Shown here in pieces: positions 10,612-24,659 of a stretch of 64,000 nt of DNA (the stretch's first letter is position 1; every line of letters starts with the position of its first letter). Below the pieces are notes generated by a model, which was not told where the DNA came from, did no database searches, and saw only the letters and a program-made list of their open reading frames with translations. The position numbers and the translations under genes are program-made. The stretch is from the human T2T-CHM13v2.0 reference genome, Homo sapiens. The stretch lies in NCBI RefSeq assembly GCF_009914755.1, contig NC_060948.1. One strand, given 5' to 3'.

Positions 10612-13600
10612 AAGAGAATCAAATGGAATTGAATCGAATGGAATCGAATGGATTGGAAAGGAATAGAATGGAATGGAATGGAATTGACTCAAATGGAATG
10701 GACTAGAATGGAATGGATTCGAATGGAAGGCAAAGGAATGGAATCTATTGGAATGGACTGTAATGGAATGGAATGGAAGGGATTGGAATGGACTCGAATG
10801 GAATGGACTGCAATAGAAAGGATTCGAATGGAATGAAAAAGAATTGCATGGAATAGAACAGAATGGAATCAAATCGAATGAAATGGAATGGAATAGAAAG
10901 GAATGGAATGAAATGGAAAGGAAAGGATTCGAATGGAATGCAATCGAATGGAATGGAATCGAACGGAATGGAATAAAATGGAAGAAAACTGGCAAGAAAT
11001 GGAATCGAAATGAATGGAGTGTTATGGATCGGACTCAAAAGGAATTGAATGTAATAGAATGGAGTGGAGTGGACTCGAATATAATGGACTGGAATGGAAT
11101 GAAATCACATGGAATGGGAACGAATGGAATGGAATGGAAAGGAATGGAATCGAATGGAAAGGAATCGAATGGAAGGGAATGAAATTGAATCAACAGGAAT
11201 GGAAAGGAGTAGAATAGACGGTAATGGAATGGGCTCGAATAGAATGGACACGAATGCTCAAATTAAATGGACTCGAATGGAATGGAAACGAAAGGAATGT
11301 CATCGAATGGAATTGAATCGATTGGAATGAAATCACATAGAATGGAGTGGAATCAAATGGAATTGAATCGAAAGGAAAGGAAGCGAATGGACTGAAATGA
11401 AATGGAATGGAATTGAATGGAAATTAATGCAATGGAATAGAATGGAAAGAAATTTCACGGAATGGAATCAAACTGAATGGAATCAAATCAATGGAATGTA
11501 ATCAAATGGAATGGAAAGGAATTGAATGGAGTAGATTGGATTGGATAGGATTGGAATGAAATGTACTGGAAAGGACTCGAATTTCATGAAACAGAATGGA
11601 ATGAATTAGAACGGAATGGACTCGAATGGAATGGAATATCACGGAATGGCATCAAATGGAATGGCATCAATTGGAATGGAATCGAATGCAATGGAATGCT
11701 ATGGAATGGAATGGAATGCATTGGAATGGAATGTCCTCTAATGGAATGGATTCGAGTGGAATGGAATCGAATATAATGGAGTCTAATGAAATGGAATTGA
11801 AAGGAATGGGATCCAATACAATGGAATATACTGGAATGTAATGTAATGAACTCGAATGTAATTGACTGGAATGGAATGTACATGAATGGAATGTAATCGA
11901 ATGGAAAGTAATCCAATGGAATAGAATCTAATGCAATAAAATCGACTCAAGTAGAGTAGAATATAATGGAATGGAGTGCAGTGCAATGGAATGGAATGGA
12001 ATGGAAAGCAATGGAATGGAATGGAATGGAATGGAATGGAATGGGATGGAATGGTATGGAATGGATAGTAATGGACTGGAGTGAAATGGAGTGGAAAGGA
12101 ATGGACTCAAATTGAAAGGGCTCGAAAGGAATGGAGTCAAATGGAATGGTCTGGAATGGAATGAACACGAATGTAATGCAATCCAATAGAATGGAATCGA
12201 ATGGCATGGAATGTAAAGAAATGGAATCGAAGAGAATGGAAACAAATGGAATGGAATTGAATGGAATGGAATTGAATGGAATGGGAACGAATGGAGTGAA
12301 ATTGTATGCAGTAGAAGAGAATAGAATGGAATGCAAGCGAAAGGAAAGGAATGGATTGGAATGGAATGGAATTCATTGGAATGGAAGGGAATGTAGTGTA
12401 ATGGACAGGCCTGGAATAAAGTGGAATGCTACGGTCTCGAATGGAATAAAAATGTATGGAATGGAATGCAATGAAACGGAATCGAATGTCATAGAATGTA
12501 ATGGAATGCAAAAAAATGGAATCCAAAATCATTGACTGGAAAGGCTGGGTGTCGAAAGGAATTGACTCCAATGGAATGGAATCGAATGGCATGGAAGTGA
12601 ATAGAATGGAACTAAATCGAATGGAATGGAATTGATAGGAACGGAATGGAAAGGAATGCAATGATTTGGCATGGAATGGAATCGAATGGCATCGAATGGA
12701 ATGGAATGGAATGCAATGGAATGGAATGTATTAGAATGTAATGAACTTTAATGGAATGTACTCGAATGGATTCGACTGGAATGGAATGTTCTCGAAGTGA
12801 ATGGACTCCAATGGAATGGATTCGAAAGGAATGGAATCTAATGGAATGGAATTAAATGGAAATGAATCAAATTGAATAGAACGGAATTGAATTGAATGGA
12901 ATCGAATGCAATGGAATCTAATGAAAAGGAAAGGAAAGGAATGGAATGGATTGGAATGGAATGGGCTGGAATGGAATGGAATCGAAACGAATGGAATGGA
13001 ATCGAACTGAAGAGACTGGAATGGAATGCACTGGAATGGAAGGGAATGTAATGGAAGGTTCTCAAGAAAAATGGAATCGAAAGGAATGGAATTGAATGGA
13101 ACGGAATAGAGTCGAATGGAATTCAATGGAATGGAATGGACTAGAGTGAAATGGAATCGAACCACAAGGAATGGACAGGAATAGAATGGTCTCGAATTGA
13201 ATGGAATCGTATGGAATGGCATCAAACGGAATGGAATGGACAGCCACGGAATGGAATGCACTCGAATGCAATGGAGTCGACACTAACGGAGTGGAATAGA
13301 ATGGACTCGACTGGTACGGACTCCAATGGAATGGAATCGAATGGAAGGGTATCGAACGGAATGGACTCGAAGGGAAAAGACTGCAATGGAAAGGTCTCGA
13401 ATGGAATGGAAATTAATGGAATGGAATGGAATCGAATGAAATGGAGTCAAAAGGAATGGAATCGAATGGCAAGAAATCGAATGTAATGGAATCGCAAGGA
13501 ATTGAAGTGAACGGAACGGAATGCAATGGAATCCAAAGGAATGGAATAGAATGGAATGGAATCGAATGGAAAGGACTCGAATGGAAATCACTCGAATAGA

Positions 13601-14150
13601 ATGCAATTTAATAAAATAGGATCAAATGTAATGGAATGGAATGGAAAGGAATCGAAACGAAAGGAATGGAGACAGATGGAATGGAATGGAACAGAGAGCA
13701 ATGGTATAGAATGGAATGGAATCATCTGGAATGGAATTGAATGGAATGGAATAATATGAAATGGAATGGAATGGAATGGAATGCCCTTGAATTAAATGGA
13801 CTGGAATGGAATGGACTCGAACAGAGTGGAATGGAAAGTGTTGAAATAGAATGGAATGGACTCGTTTGGAATGGTCTAGTATGCAATGCAATCGACTGGC
13901 AGGGAATCAAAAGGAATGTAATCGAATGGATTGGACTGGAATGCAATGGACTCGAATAGATTGGAAACGGAAAGCAAAGGAATGGAATGGAATAGTATGG
14001 AATGGAATGGAAAGGAATGGAGTGGAATAGACTAGAGTGGAATGGAATGGACTGGAAAGCAATGGACTGGAATGGAACTTTCTTGAATGGACTGGAATCA
14101 AACGGAATGGAATGCAATGCAATCAAATGGCATGGAATAAAATAGAATGA
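10612..14150 (+). repeat. DYZ1 unit U4 (3539 bp)
   Basis: Marker ORF 10648 to 14187; TCTCAAGAAAA and GTCGACACTAACGGAG variants. Confidence 0.93.
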
Positions 14151-17100
14151 AAGAGAATCAAATGGAATTGAATCGAATGGAATCGAATGGATTGGAAAGG
14201 AATAGAATGGAATGGAACGGAATTGACTCAAATGGAATGGACTAGAATGGAATGGATTCGAATGGAAGGCAAAGGAATGGAATCTATTGGAATGGACTGT
14301 AATGGAATGGAATGGAAGGGATTGGAATGGACTCGAATGGAATGGACTGCAATAGAAAGGATTCGAATGGAATGAAAAAGAATTGAATGGAATAGAACAG
14401 AATGGAATCAAATCGAATGAAATGGAATGGAAGAGAAAGGAATGGAATGAAATGGAATGGAAAGGATTCGAATGGAATGCAATCGAATGGAATGGAATCG
14501 AACGGAATGGAATAAAATGGAAGAAAACTGGCAAGAAATGGAATCGAAATGAATGGAGTGTTATGGAACGGACTCAAAAGGAATTGAATGTAATAGAATG
14601 GAGTGGAGTGGACTCGAATATAATGGACTGGAATGGAATGAAATCACATGGAATGGGAACGAATGGAATGGAATGGAAAGGAATGGAATCGAATGGAAAG
14701 GAATCGAATGGAAGGGAATGAAATTGAATCAACAGGAATGGAAGGGAGTAGAATAGACGGTAATGGAATGGACTCGAATAGAATGGACACGAATGCTCAA
14801 ATTGAATGGACTCGAATGGAATGGAAACGAAAGGAATGTCATCGAATGGAATTGAATCGATTGGAATGAAATCGCATAGAATGGAGTGGAATCAAATGGA
14901 ATTGAATCGAAAGGAAAGGAAGCGAATGGACTGAAATGAAATGGAATGGAATTGAATGGAAAGTAATGCAATGGAATAGAATGGAACGAAATTTCACGGA
15001 ATGGAATCAAACTGAATGGAATCAAATCAATGGAATATAATCAAATGGAATGGAAAGGAATTGAATGGAGTAGATTGGATTGGATGGGATTGGAATGAAA
15101 TGTACTGGAAAGGACTCGAAATTCATGAAACGGAATGGAATGAACTGGAACGGAATGGACTCGAATGGAATGGAATGTCATGGAATGGCATCAAATGGAA
15201 TGGAATCGAATGCGATGGAATGCTATGGAATGGAATGGAATGCATTGGAATGGAATGTCCTCTAATGGAATGTATTCGAGTGGAATGGAATCGAATATAA
15301 TGGAGTCTAATGAAATAGAATTGAAAGGAATGGGACCGAATACAATGGAATAAACTGGTATGTAATGTAATGAACTCGAATGTAATTGACTGGAATGGAA
15401 TGTACATGAATGGAATGTAATCGAATGGAAAGCAATCCAATGGAATAGAATCTAATGCAATAAAATCGACTCAAATAGAGTAGAATGTAATGGAATGGAG
15501 TGCAGTGCAATGGAATGGAATGGAATGCAACGGAATGGAATGGAATGGAATGGAATGGGATGGAATGGTATGGAATGGATAGTAATGGACTGGAGTGAAA
15601 TGGACTGGAAAAGAATGGACTCAAATTGAAAGGGCTCGAAAGGAATGGAGTCAAATGGAATGGTCTGGAATGGAATGAACACGAATGTAATGCAATCCAA
15701 TAGAATGGAATCGAATGGCATGGAATATAAAGAAATGGAATCGAAGAGAATGGAAACAAATGGAATGGAATTGAATGGAATGGAATTGAATGGAATGGGA
15801 ACGAATGGAGTGAAATTGTATGCAGTAGAAGAGAATAGAATGGAATGCAAGCGAAAGGAAAGGAATGGATTGGAATGGAATGGAATTCATTGGAATGGAA
15901 GGGAATGTAGTGTAATGGACAGGCCTGGAATAAAGTGGAATGCTACGGTCTCGAATGGAATAAAAATGTATGGAATGGAATGCAATGAAACGGAATCGAA
16001 TGTCATAGAATGTAATGGAATGCAAAAAAATGGACTCCAAAATCATTGACTGGAAAGGCTGGGTGTCGAAAGGAATTGACTCCAATGGAATGGAATCGAA
16101 TGGAATGGAAGTGAATAGAATCGAACTAAATCGAATGGAATGGAATTGATAGGAACGGAATGGAAAGGAATGCAATGATTTGGCATGGAATGGAATCGAA
16201 AGGCATCGAATGGAATGGAATGGAATGCAATGGAATGGAATGTATTAGAATGTAATGAACATTAATGGAAAGTACTCGAATGGATTCGACTGGAATGGAA
16301 TGTTCTGGAAGTGAATGGACTCCAATGGAATGGATTCGAAAGGAATGGAATCGAACGGAATGGAATTAAACGGAAATGAATCAAATAGAATAGAACGGAA
16401 TTGAATTGAATGGAATCGAATGCAATGGAATCTAATGAAACGGAAAGGAATGGAATGGAATGGGCTGGAATGGAATGGAATCGAAACGAATGGAATGGAA
16501 TCGAACTGAAGAGACTGGAATGGAATGCACTGGAATGGAAGGGAATGTAATGGAAGGTTCTCGAAAAAAATGGAATCGAAAGGAATGGAATTGAATGGAA
16601 CGGAATAGAGTCGAATGGAATTCAATGGAATGGAATGGACTAGAGTGAAATGGAATCGAACCACAAGGAATGGACAGGAATAGAATGGTCTCGAATTGAA
16701 TGGAATCGTATGGAATGGCATCAAACGGAATGGAATGGACGGCCACGGAATGGAATGCACTCGAATGCAATGGAGTCGAAACTAATGGACTGGAATAGAA
16801 TGGACTCGACTGGTACGGACTCCAATGGAATGGAATCGAATGGAAGGGAATCGAACGGAATGGACTCGAAGGGAAAAGACTGCAATGGAAAGGTCTCGAA
16901 TGGAATGGAAATTAATGGAATGGAATGGAATCGAATGAAATGGAGTCAAAAGGAATGGAATCGAATGGCAAGAAATCGAATGTAATGGAATCGCAAGGAA
17001 TTGATGTGAACGGAACGGAATGGAATGGAATCCAAAGGAATGGAATAGAATGGAATGGAATCGAATGGAAAGGACTCGAATGGAAATCACTCGAATAGAA

Positions 17101-17649
17101 TGCAATTTAATAAAATAGGATCAAATGTAATGGAATGGAATGGAAAGGAATCGAAACGAAAGGAATGGAGACAGATGGAATGGAATGGAACAGAGAGCAA
17201 TGGTATAGAATGGAATGGAATCATCTGGAATGGAATTGAATGGAATGGAATAATATGAAATGGAATGGAATGGAATGGAATGCCCTTGAATTAAATGGAC
17301 TGGAATGGAATGGACTCGAACAGAGTGGAATGGAAAGTGTTGAAATAGAATGGAATGGACTCGTTTGGAATGGTCTAGTATGCAATGCAATCGACTGGCA
17401 GGGAATCAAAAGGAATGTAATCGAATGGATTGGACTGGAATGCAATGGACTCGAATAGATTGGAAACGGAAAGCAAAGGAATGGAATGGAATAGTATGGA
17501 ATGGAATGCAAAGGAATGGAGTGGAATAGACTAGAGTGGAATGGAATGGACTCGAAAGCAATGGACTGGAATGGAACTTTCTTGAATGGACTGGAATCAA
17601 ACGGAATGGAATGCAATGCAATCAAATGGCATGGAATAAAATAGAATGA
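14151..17649 (+). repeat. DYZ1 unit U5 (3499 bp)
   Basis: Marker ORF 14187 to 17686; extra HaeIII site GGACGGCCAC at 16741. Confidence 0.93.
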
Positions 17650-20600
17650 AAGAGAATCAAATGGAATTGAATCGAATGGAATCGAATGGATTGGAAAGGA
17701 ATAGAATGGAATGGAATGGAATTGACTCAAATGGAATGGACTAGAATGGAATGGATTCGAATGGAAGGCAAAGGAATGGAATCTATTGGAATGGACTGTA
17801 ATGGAATGGAATGGAAGGGATTGGAATGGACTCGAATGGAATGGACTGCAGTAGAAAGGATTCGAATGGAATGAAAAAGAATTGAATGGAATAGAACAGA
17901 ATGGAATCAAATCGAATGAAATGGAATGGAATAGAAAGGAATGGAATGAAATGGAATGGAAAGGATTCGAATGGAATGCAATCGAATGGAATGCAATCGA
18001 ATGGAATGGAATCGAACGGAATGGAATAAAATGGAAGAAAACTGGCAAGAAATGGAATCGAAATGAATGGAGTGTTACGGAACGGACTCAAAAGGAATTG
18101 AATGTAATAGAATGGAGTGGAGTGGACTCGAATATAATGGACTAGAATGGAATGAAATCACATGGAATGGGAACGAATGGAATGGAATGGAAAGGAATGG
18201 AATCGAATGGAAAGGAATCGAATGGAAGGGAATGAAATTGAATCAACAGGAATGGAAGGGAGTAGAATAGACGGTAATGGAATGGACTCGAATAGAATGG
18301 ACACGAATGCTCAAATTGAATGGACTCGAATGGAATGGCAACGAAAGGAATGTCATCGAATGGAATTGAATCGTTGGAATGAAATCACATAGAATGGAGT
18401 GGAATCAAATGGAATTGAATCGAAAGGAAAAGAAGCGAATTGACTGAAATGAAATGGAATGGAATTGAATGGAAAGTAATGCAACGGAATAGAATGGAAT
18501 GAAATTTCACGGAATGGAATCAAACTGAATGGAATCAAATCAATGGAATATAATCAAATGGAATGGAAAGGAATTGAATGGAGTAGATTGTATTGGATGG
18601 GATTGGAATGAAATGTACTGGAAAGGACTCGAATTTCATGAAACGGAATGGAATGTATTAGAACGGAATGGACTCGAATGGAATTGAATGTCACGGAATG
18701 GCATCAAATGGAATGGCATCAATTGGAATGGAATCGAATGCAATGGAATGCTATGGAATGGAATGGAATGCATTGGAATGGAATGTCCTCTAATGGAATG
18801 GATTCGAGTGGAATGGAATCGAATATAATGGAGTCTAATGAAATGGAATTGAAAGGAATGGGATCCAATACAATGGAATATACTGGAATGTAATGTAATG
18901 AACTCGAATGTAATTGACTGGAATGGAATGTACATGAGTGGAATGTAATCGAATGGAAAGTAATCCAATGGAATAGAATCTAATGCAATAAAATCGACTC
19001 AAATAGAGTAGAATGTAATGGAATGGAGTGCAGTGCAATGGAATGGAATGGAATGGGATGGAATGGTATGGAATGGATAGTAATGGACTGGAGTGAAATG
19101 GACTGGAAAATAATGGACTCAAATTGAAAGGGCTCGAAAGGAATGGAGTCAAATGGAATGGTCTGGAATGGAATGAACACGAATGTAATGCAATCCAATA
19201 GAATGGAATCGAATGGCATGGAATATAAAGAAATGGAATCGAAGAGAATGGAAACAAATGGAATGGAATTGAATGGAATGGAATTGAATGGAATGGGAAC
19301 GAATGGAGTGAAATTGTATGCAGTAGAAGAGAATAGAATGGAATGCAAGCGAAAGGAAAGGAATGGATTGGAATGGAATGGAATTCATTGGAATGGAAGG
19401 GAATGTAGTGTAATGGACAGGCCTGGAATAAAGTGGAATGCTACGGTCTCGAATGGAATAAAAATGTATGGAATGGAATGCAATGAAACGGAATCGAATG
19501 TCATAGAAGTAATGGAATGCAAAAAAATGGACTCCAAAATCATTGACTGGAAAGGCTGGGTGTCGAAAGGAATTTACTCCAATGGAATGGAATCGAATGG
19601 AATGGAAGTGAATAGAATCGAACTAAATCGAATGGAATGGAATTGATAGGAACGGAATGGAAAGGAATGCAATGATTTCGCATGGAATGGAATCGAATGG
19701 CATCGAATGGAATGGAATGGAATGCAATGGAATGGAATGTATTAAAATGTAATGAACTTTAATGGAATGTACTCGAATGGATTCGACTGGAATGGAATGT
19801 TCTCGAAGTGAATGGACTCCAATGGAATGGATTCGAAAGGAATGGAATCTAATGGAATGGAATTAAATGGAAATGAATCAAATTGAATAGAACGGAATTG
19901 AATTGAATGGAATCGAATGCAATGGAATCTAATGAAACGGAAAGGAAAGGAATGGAATGGAATGGAATGGAATGGGCTGGAATGGAATGGAATCGAAACG
20001 AATGGAATGGAATCGAACTGAAGAGACTGGAATGGAATACACTGGAATGGAAGGGAATGTAATGGAAGGTTCTCGAAAAAATGTAATTGAAAGGAATGGA
20101 ATTGAGTGGAACGGAATAGAGTCGAATGGAATTCAATGGAATGGAATGGACTAGAGTGAAATGGAATCGAACCACAAGGAATGGACAGGAATAGAATGGT
20201 CTCGAATTGAATGGAATCGTATGGAATGGCATCAAACGGAATGGAATGGACAGCCACGGAATGGAATGCACTCGAATGCAATGGAGTCGAAACTAATGGA
20301 CTGGAATAGAATGGACTCGACTGGTACGGACTCCAATGGAATGGAATCGAATGGAAGGGAATCGAACGGAATGGACTCGAAGGGAAAAGACTGCAATGGA
20401 AAGGTCTCGAATGGAATGGAAATTAATGGAATGGAATGGAATCGAATGAAATGGAGTCAAAAGGAATGGAATCGAATGGCAAGAAATCGGATGTAATGGA
20501 ATCGCAAGGAATTGATGTGAACGGAACGGAATGGAATGGAATCCAAAGGAATGGAATAGAATGGAATGGAATCGAATGGAAAGGACTCGAATGGAAATCA

Positions 20601-21160
20601 CTCGAATAGAATGCAATTTAATAAAATAGGATCAAATGTAATGGAATGGAATGGAAAGGAATCGAAACGAAAGGAATGGAGACAGATGGAATGGAATGGA
20701 ACAGAGAGCAATGGTATAGAATGGAATGGAATCATCTGGAATGGAATTGAATGGAATGGAATAACATGAAATGGACTGGAATGGAATGGAATGCCCTTGA
20801 ATTAAATGGACTGGAATGGAATGGACTCGAACAGAGTGGAATGGAAAGTGTTGAAATAGAATGGAATGGACTCGTTTGGAATGGTCTAGTATGCAATGCA
20901 ATCGACTGGCAGGGAATCAAAAGGAATGTAATCGAATGGATTGGACTGGAATGCAATGGACTCGAATAGATTGGAAACGGAATGCAAAGGAATGGAATGG
21001 AATAGTATGGAATGGAATGGAAAGGAATGGAGTGGAATAGACTAGAGTGGAATGGAATGGACTGGAAAGCAATGGACTGGAATGGAACTTTCTTGAATGG
21101 ACTGGAATCAAACGGAATGGAATGCAATGCAATCAAATGGCATGGAATAAAATAGAATGA
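17650..21160 (+). repeat. DYZ1 unit U6 (3511 bp)
   Basis: Marker ORF 17686 to 21197; three 1-bp deletions (~18374, ~19508, A-run ~20080). Confidence 0.93.
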
Positions 21161-24100
21161 AAGAGAATCAAATGGAATTGAATCGAATGGAATCGAATGG
21201 ATTGGAAAGGAATAGAATGGAATGGAACGGAATTGACTCAAATGGAATGGACTAGAATGGAATGGATTCGAATGGAAGGCAAAGGAATGGAATCTATTGG
21301 AATGGACTGTAATGGAATGGAATGGAAGGGATTGGAATGGACTCGAATGGAATGGACTGCAATAGAAAGGATTCGAATGGAATGAAAAAGAATTGAATGG
21401 AATAGAACAGAATGGAATCAAATCGAATGAAATGGAATGGAAGAGAAAGGAATGGAATGAAATGGAATGGAAAGGATTCGAATGGAATGCAATCGAATGG
21501 AATGGAATCGAACGGAATGGAATAAAATGGAAGAAAACTGGCAAGAAATGGAATCGAAATGAATGGAGTGTTATGGAACGGACTCAAAAGGAATTGAATG
21601 TAATAGAATGGAGTGGAGTGGACTCGAATATAATGGACTGGAATGGAATGAAATCACATGGAATGGGAACGAATGGAATGGAATGGAAAGGAATGGAATC
21701 GAATGGAAAGGAATCGAATGGAAGGGAATGAAATTGAATCAACAGGAATGGAAGGGAGTAGAATAGACGGTAATGGAATGGACTCGAATAGAATGGACAC
21801 GAATGCTCAAATTGAATGGACTCGAATGGAATGGAAACGAAAGGAATGTCATCGAATGGAATTGAATCGATTGGAATGAAATCGCATAGAATGGAGTGGA
21901 ATCAAATGGAATTGAATCGAAAGGAAAGGAAGCGAATGGACTGAAATGAAATGGAATGGAATTGAATGGAAAGTAATGCAATGGAATAGAATGGAACGAA
22001 ATTTCACGGAATGGAATCAAACTGAATGGAATCAAATCAATGGAATATAATCAAATGGAATGGAAAGGAATTGAATGGAGTAGATTGGATTGGATGGGAT
22101 TGGAATGAAATGTACTGGAAAGGACTCGAAATTCATGAAACGGAATGGAATGAACTGGAACGGAATGGACTCGAATGGAATGGAATGTCATGGAATGGCA
22201 TCAAATGGAATGGAATCGAATGCGATGGAATGCTATGGAATGGAATGGAATGCATTGGAATGGAATGTCCTCTAATGGAATGTATTCGAGTGGAATGGAA
22301 TCGAATATAATGGAGTCTAATGAAATAGAATTGAAAGGAATGGGACCGAATACAATGGAATAAACTGGTATGTAATGTAATGAACTCGAATGTAATTGAC
22401 TGGAATGGAATGTACATGAATGGAATGTAATCGAATGGAAAGCAATCCAATGGAATAGAATCTAATGCAATAAAATCGACTCAAATAGAGTAGAATGTAA
22501 TGGAATGGAGTGCAGTGCAATGGAATGGAATGGAATGCAACGGAATGGAATGGAATGGAATGGAATGGGATGGAATGGTATGGAATGGATAGTAATGGAC
22601 TGGAGTGAAATGGACTGGAAAAGAATGGACTCAAATTGAAAGGGCTCGAAAGGAATGGAGTCAAATGGAATGGTCTGGAATGGAATGAACACGAATGTAA
22701 TGCAATCCAATAGAATGGAATCGAATGGCATGGAATATAAAGAAATGGAATCGAAGAGAATGGAAACAAATGGAATGGAATTGAATGGAATGGAATTGAA
22801 TGGAATGGGAACGAATGGAGTGAAATTGTATGCAGTAGAAGAGAATAGAATGGAATGCAAGCGAAAGGAAAGGAATGGATTGGAATGGAATGGAATTCAT
22901 TGGAATGGAAGGGAATGTAGTGTAATGGACAGGCCTGGAATAAAGTGGAATGCTACGGTCTCGAATGGAATAAAAATGTATGGAATGGAATGCAATGAAA
23001 CGGAATCGAATGTCATAGAATGTAATGGAATGCAAAAAAATGGACTCCAAAATCATTGACTGGAAAGGCTGGGTGTCGAAAGGAATTGACTCCAATGGAA
23101 TGGAATCGAATGGAATGGAAGTGAATAGAATCGAACTAAATCGAATGGAATGGAATTGATAGGAACGGAATGGAAAGGAATGCAATGATTTGGCATGGAA
23201 TGGAATCGAAAGGCATCGAATGGAATGGAATGGAATGCAATGGAATGGAATGTATTAGAATGTAATGAACATTAATGGAAAGTACTCGAATGGATTCGAC
23301 TGGAATGGAATGTTCTGGAAGTGAATGGACTCCAATGGAATGGATTCGAAAGGAATGGAATCGAACGGAATGGAATTAAACGGAAATGAATCAAATAGAA
23401 TAGAACGGAATTGAATTGAATGGAATCGAATGCAATGGAATCTAATGAAACGGAAAGGAATGGAATGGAATGGGCTGGAATGGAATGGAATCGAAACGAA
23501 TGGAATGGAATCGAACTGAAGAGACTGGAATGGAATGCACTGGAATGGAAGGGAATGTAATGGAAGGTTCTCGAAAAAAATGGAATCGAAAGGAATGGAA
23601 TTGAATGGAACGGAATAGAGTCGAATGGAATTCAATGGAATGGAATGGACTAGAGTGAAATGGAATCGAACCACAAGGAATGGACAGGAATAGAATGGTC
23701 TCGAATTGAATGGAATCGTATGGAATGGCATCAAACGGAATGGAATGGACGGCCACGGAATGGAATGCACTCGAATGCAATGGAGTCGAAACTAATGGAC
23801 TGGAATAGAATGGACTCGACTGGTACGGACTCCAATGGAATGGAATCGAATGGAAGGGAATCGAACGGAATGGACTCGAAGGGAAAAGACTGCAATGGAA
23901 AGGTCTCGAATGGAATGGAAATTAATGGAATGGAATGGAATCGAATGAAATGGAGTCAAAAGGAATGGAATCGAATGGCAAGAAATCGAATGTAATGGAA
24001 TCGCAAGGAATTGATGTGAACGGAACGGAATGGAATGGAATCCAAAGGAATGGAATAGAATGGAATGGAATCGAATGGAAAGGACTCGAATGGAAATCAC

Positions 24101-24659
24101 TCGAATAGAATGCAATTTAATAAAATAGGATCAAATGTAATGGAATGGAATGGAAAGGAATCGAAACGAAAGGAATGGAGACAGATGGAATGGAATGGAA
24201 CAGAGAGCAATGGTATAGAATGGAATGGAATCATCTGGAATGGAATTGAATGGAATGGAATAATATGAAATGGAATGGAATGGAATGGAATGCCCTTGAA
24301 TTAAATGGACTGGAATGGAATGGACTCGAACAGAGTGGAATGGAAAGTGTTGAAATAGAATGGAATGGACTCGTTTGGAATGGTCTAGTATGCAATGCAA
24401 TCGACTGGCAGGGAATCAAAAGGAATGTAATCGAATGGATTGGACTGGAATGCAATGGACTCGAATAGATTGGAAACGGAAAGCAAAGGAATGGAATGGA
24501 ATAGTATGGAATGGAATGCAAAGGAATGGAGTGGAATAGACTAGAGTGGAATGGAATGGACTCGAAAGCAATGGACTGGAATGGAACTTTCTTGAATGGA
24601 CTGGAATCAAACGGAATGGAATGCAATGCAATCAAATGGCATGGAATAAAATAGAATGA
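21161..24659 (+). repeat. DYZ1 unit U7 (3499 bp), copy of U5
   Basis: Marker ORF 21197 to 24696; ORF translations match U5 at +7010. Confidence 0.93.
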
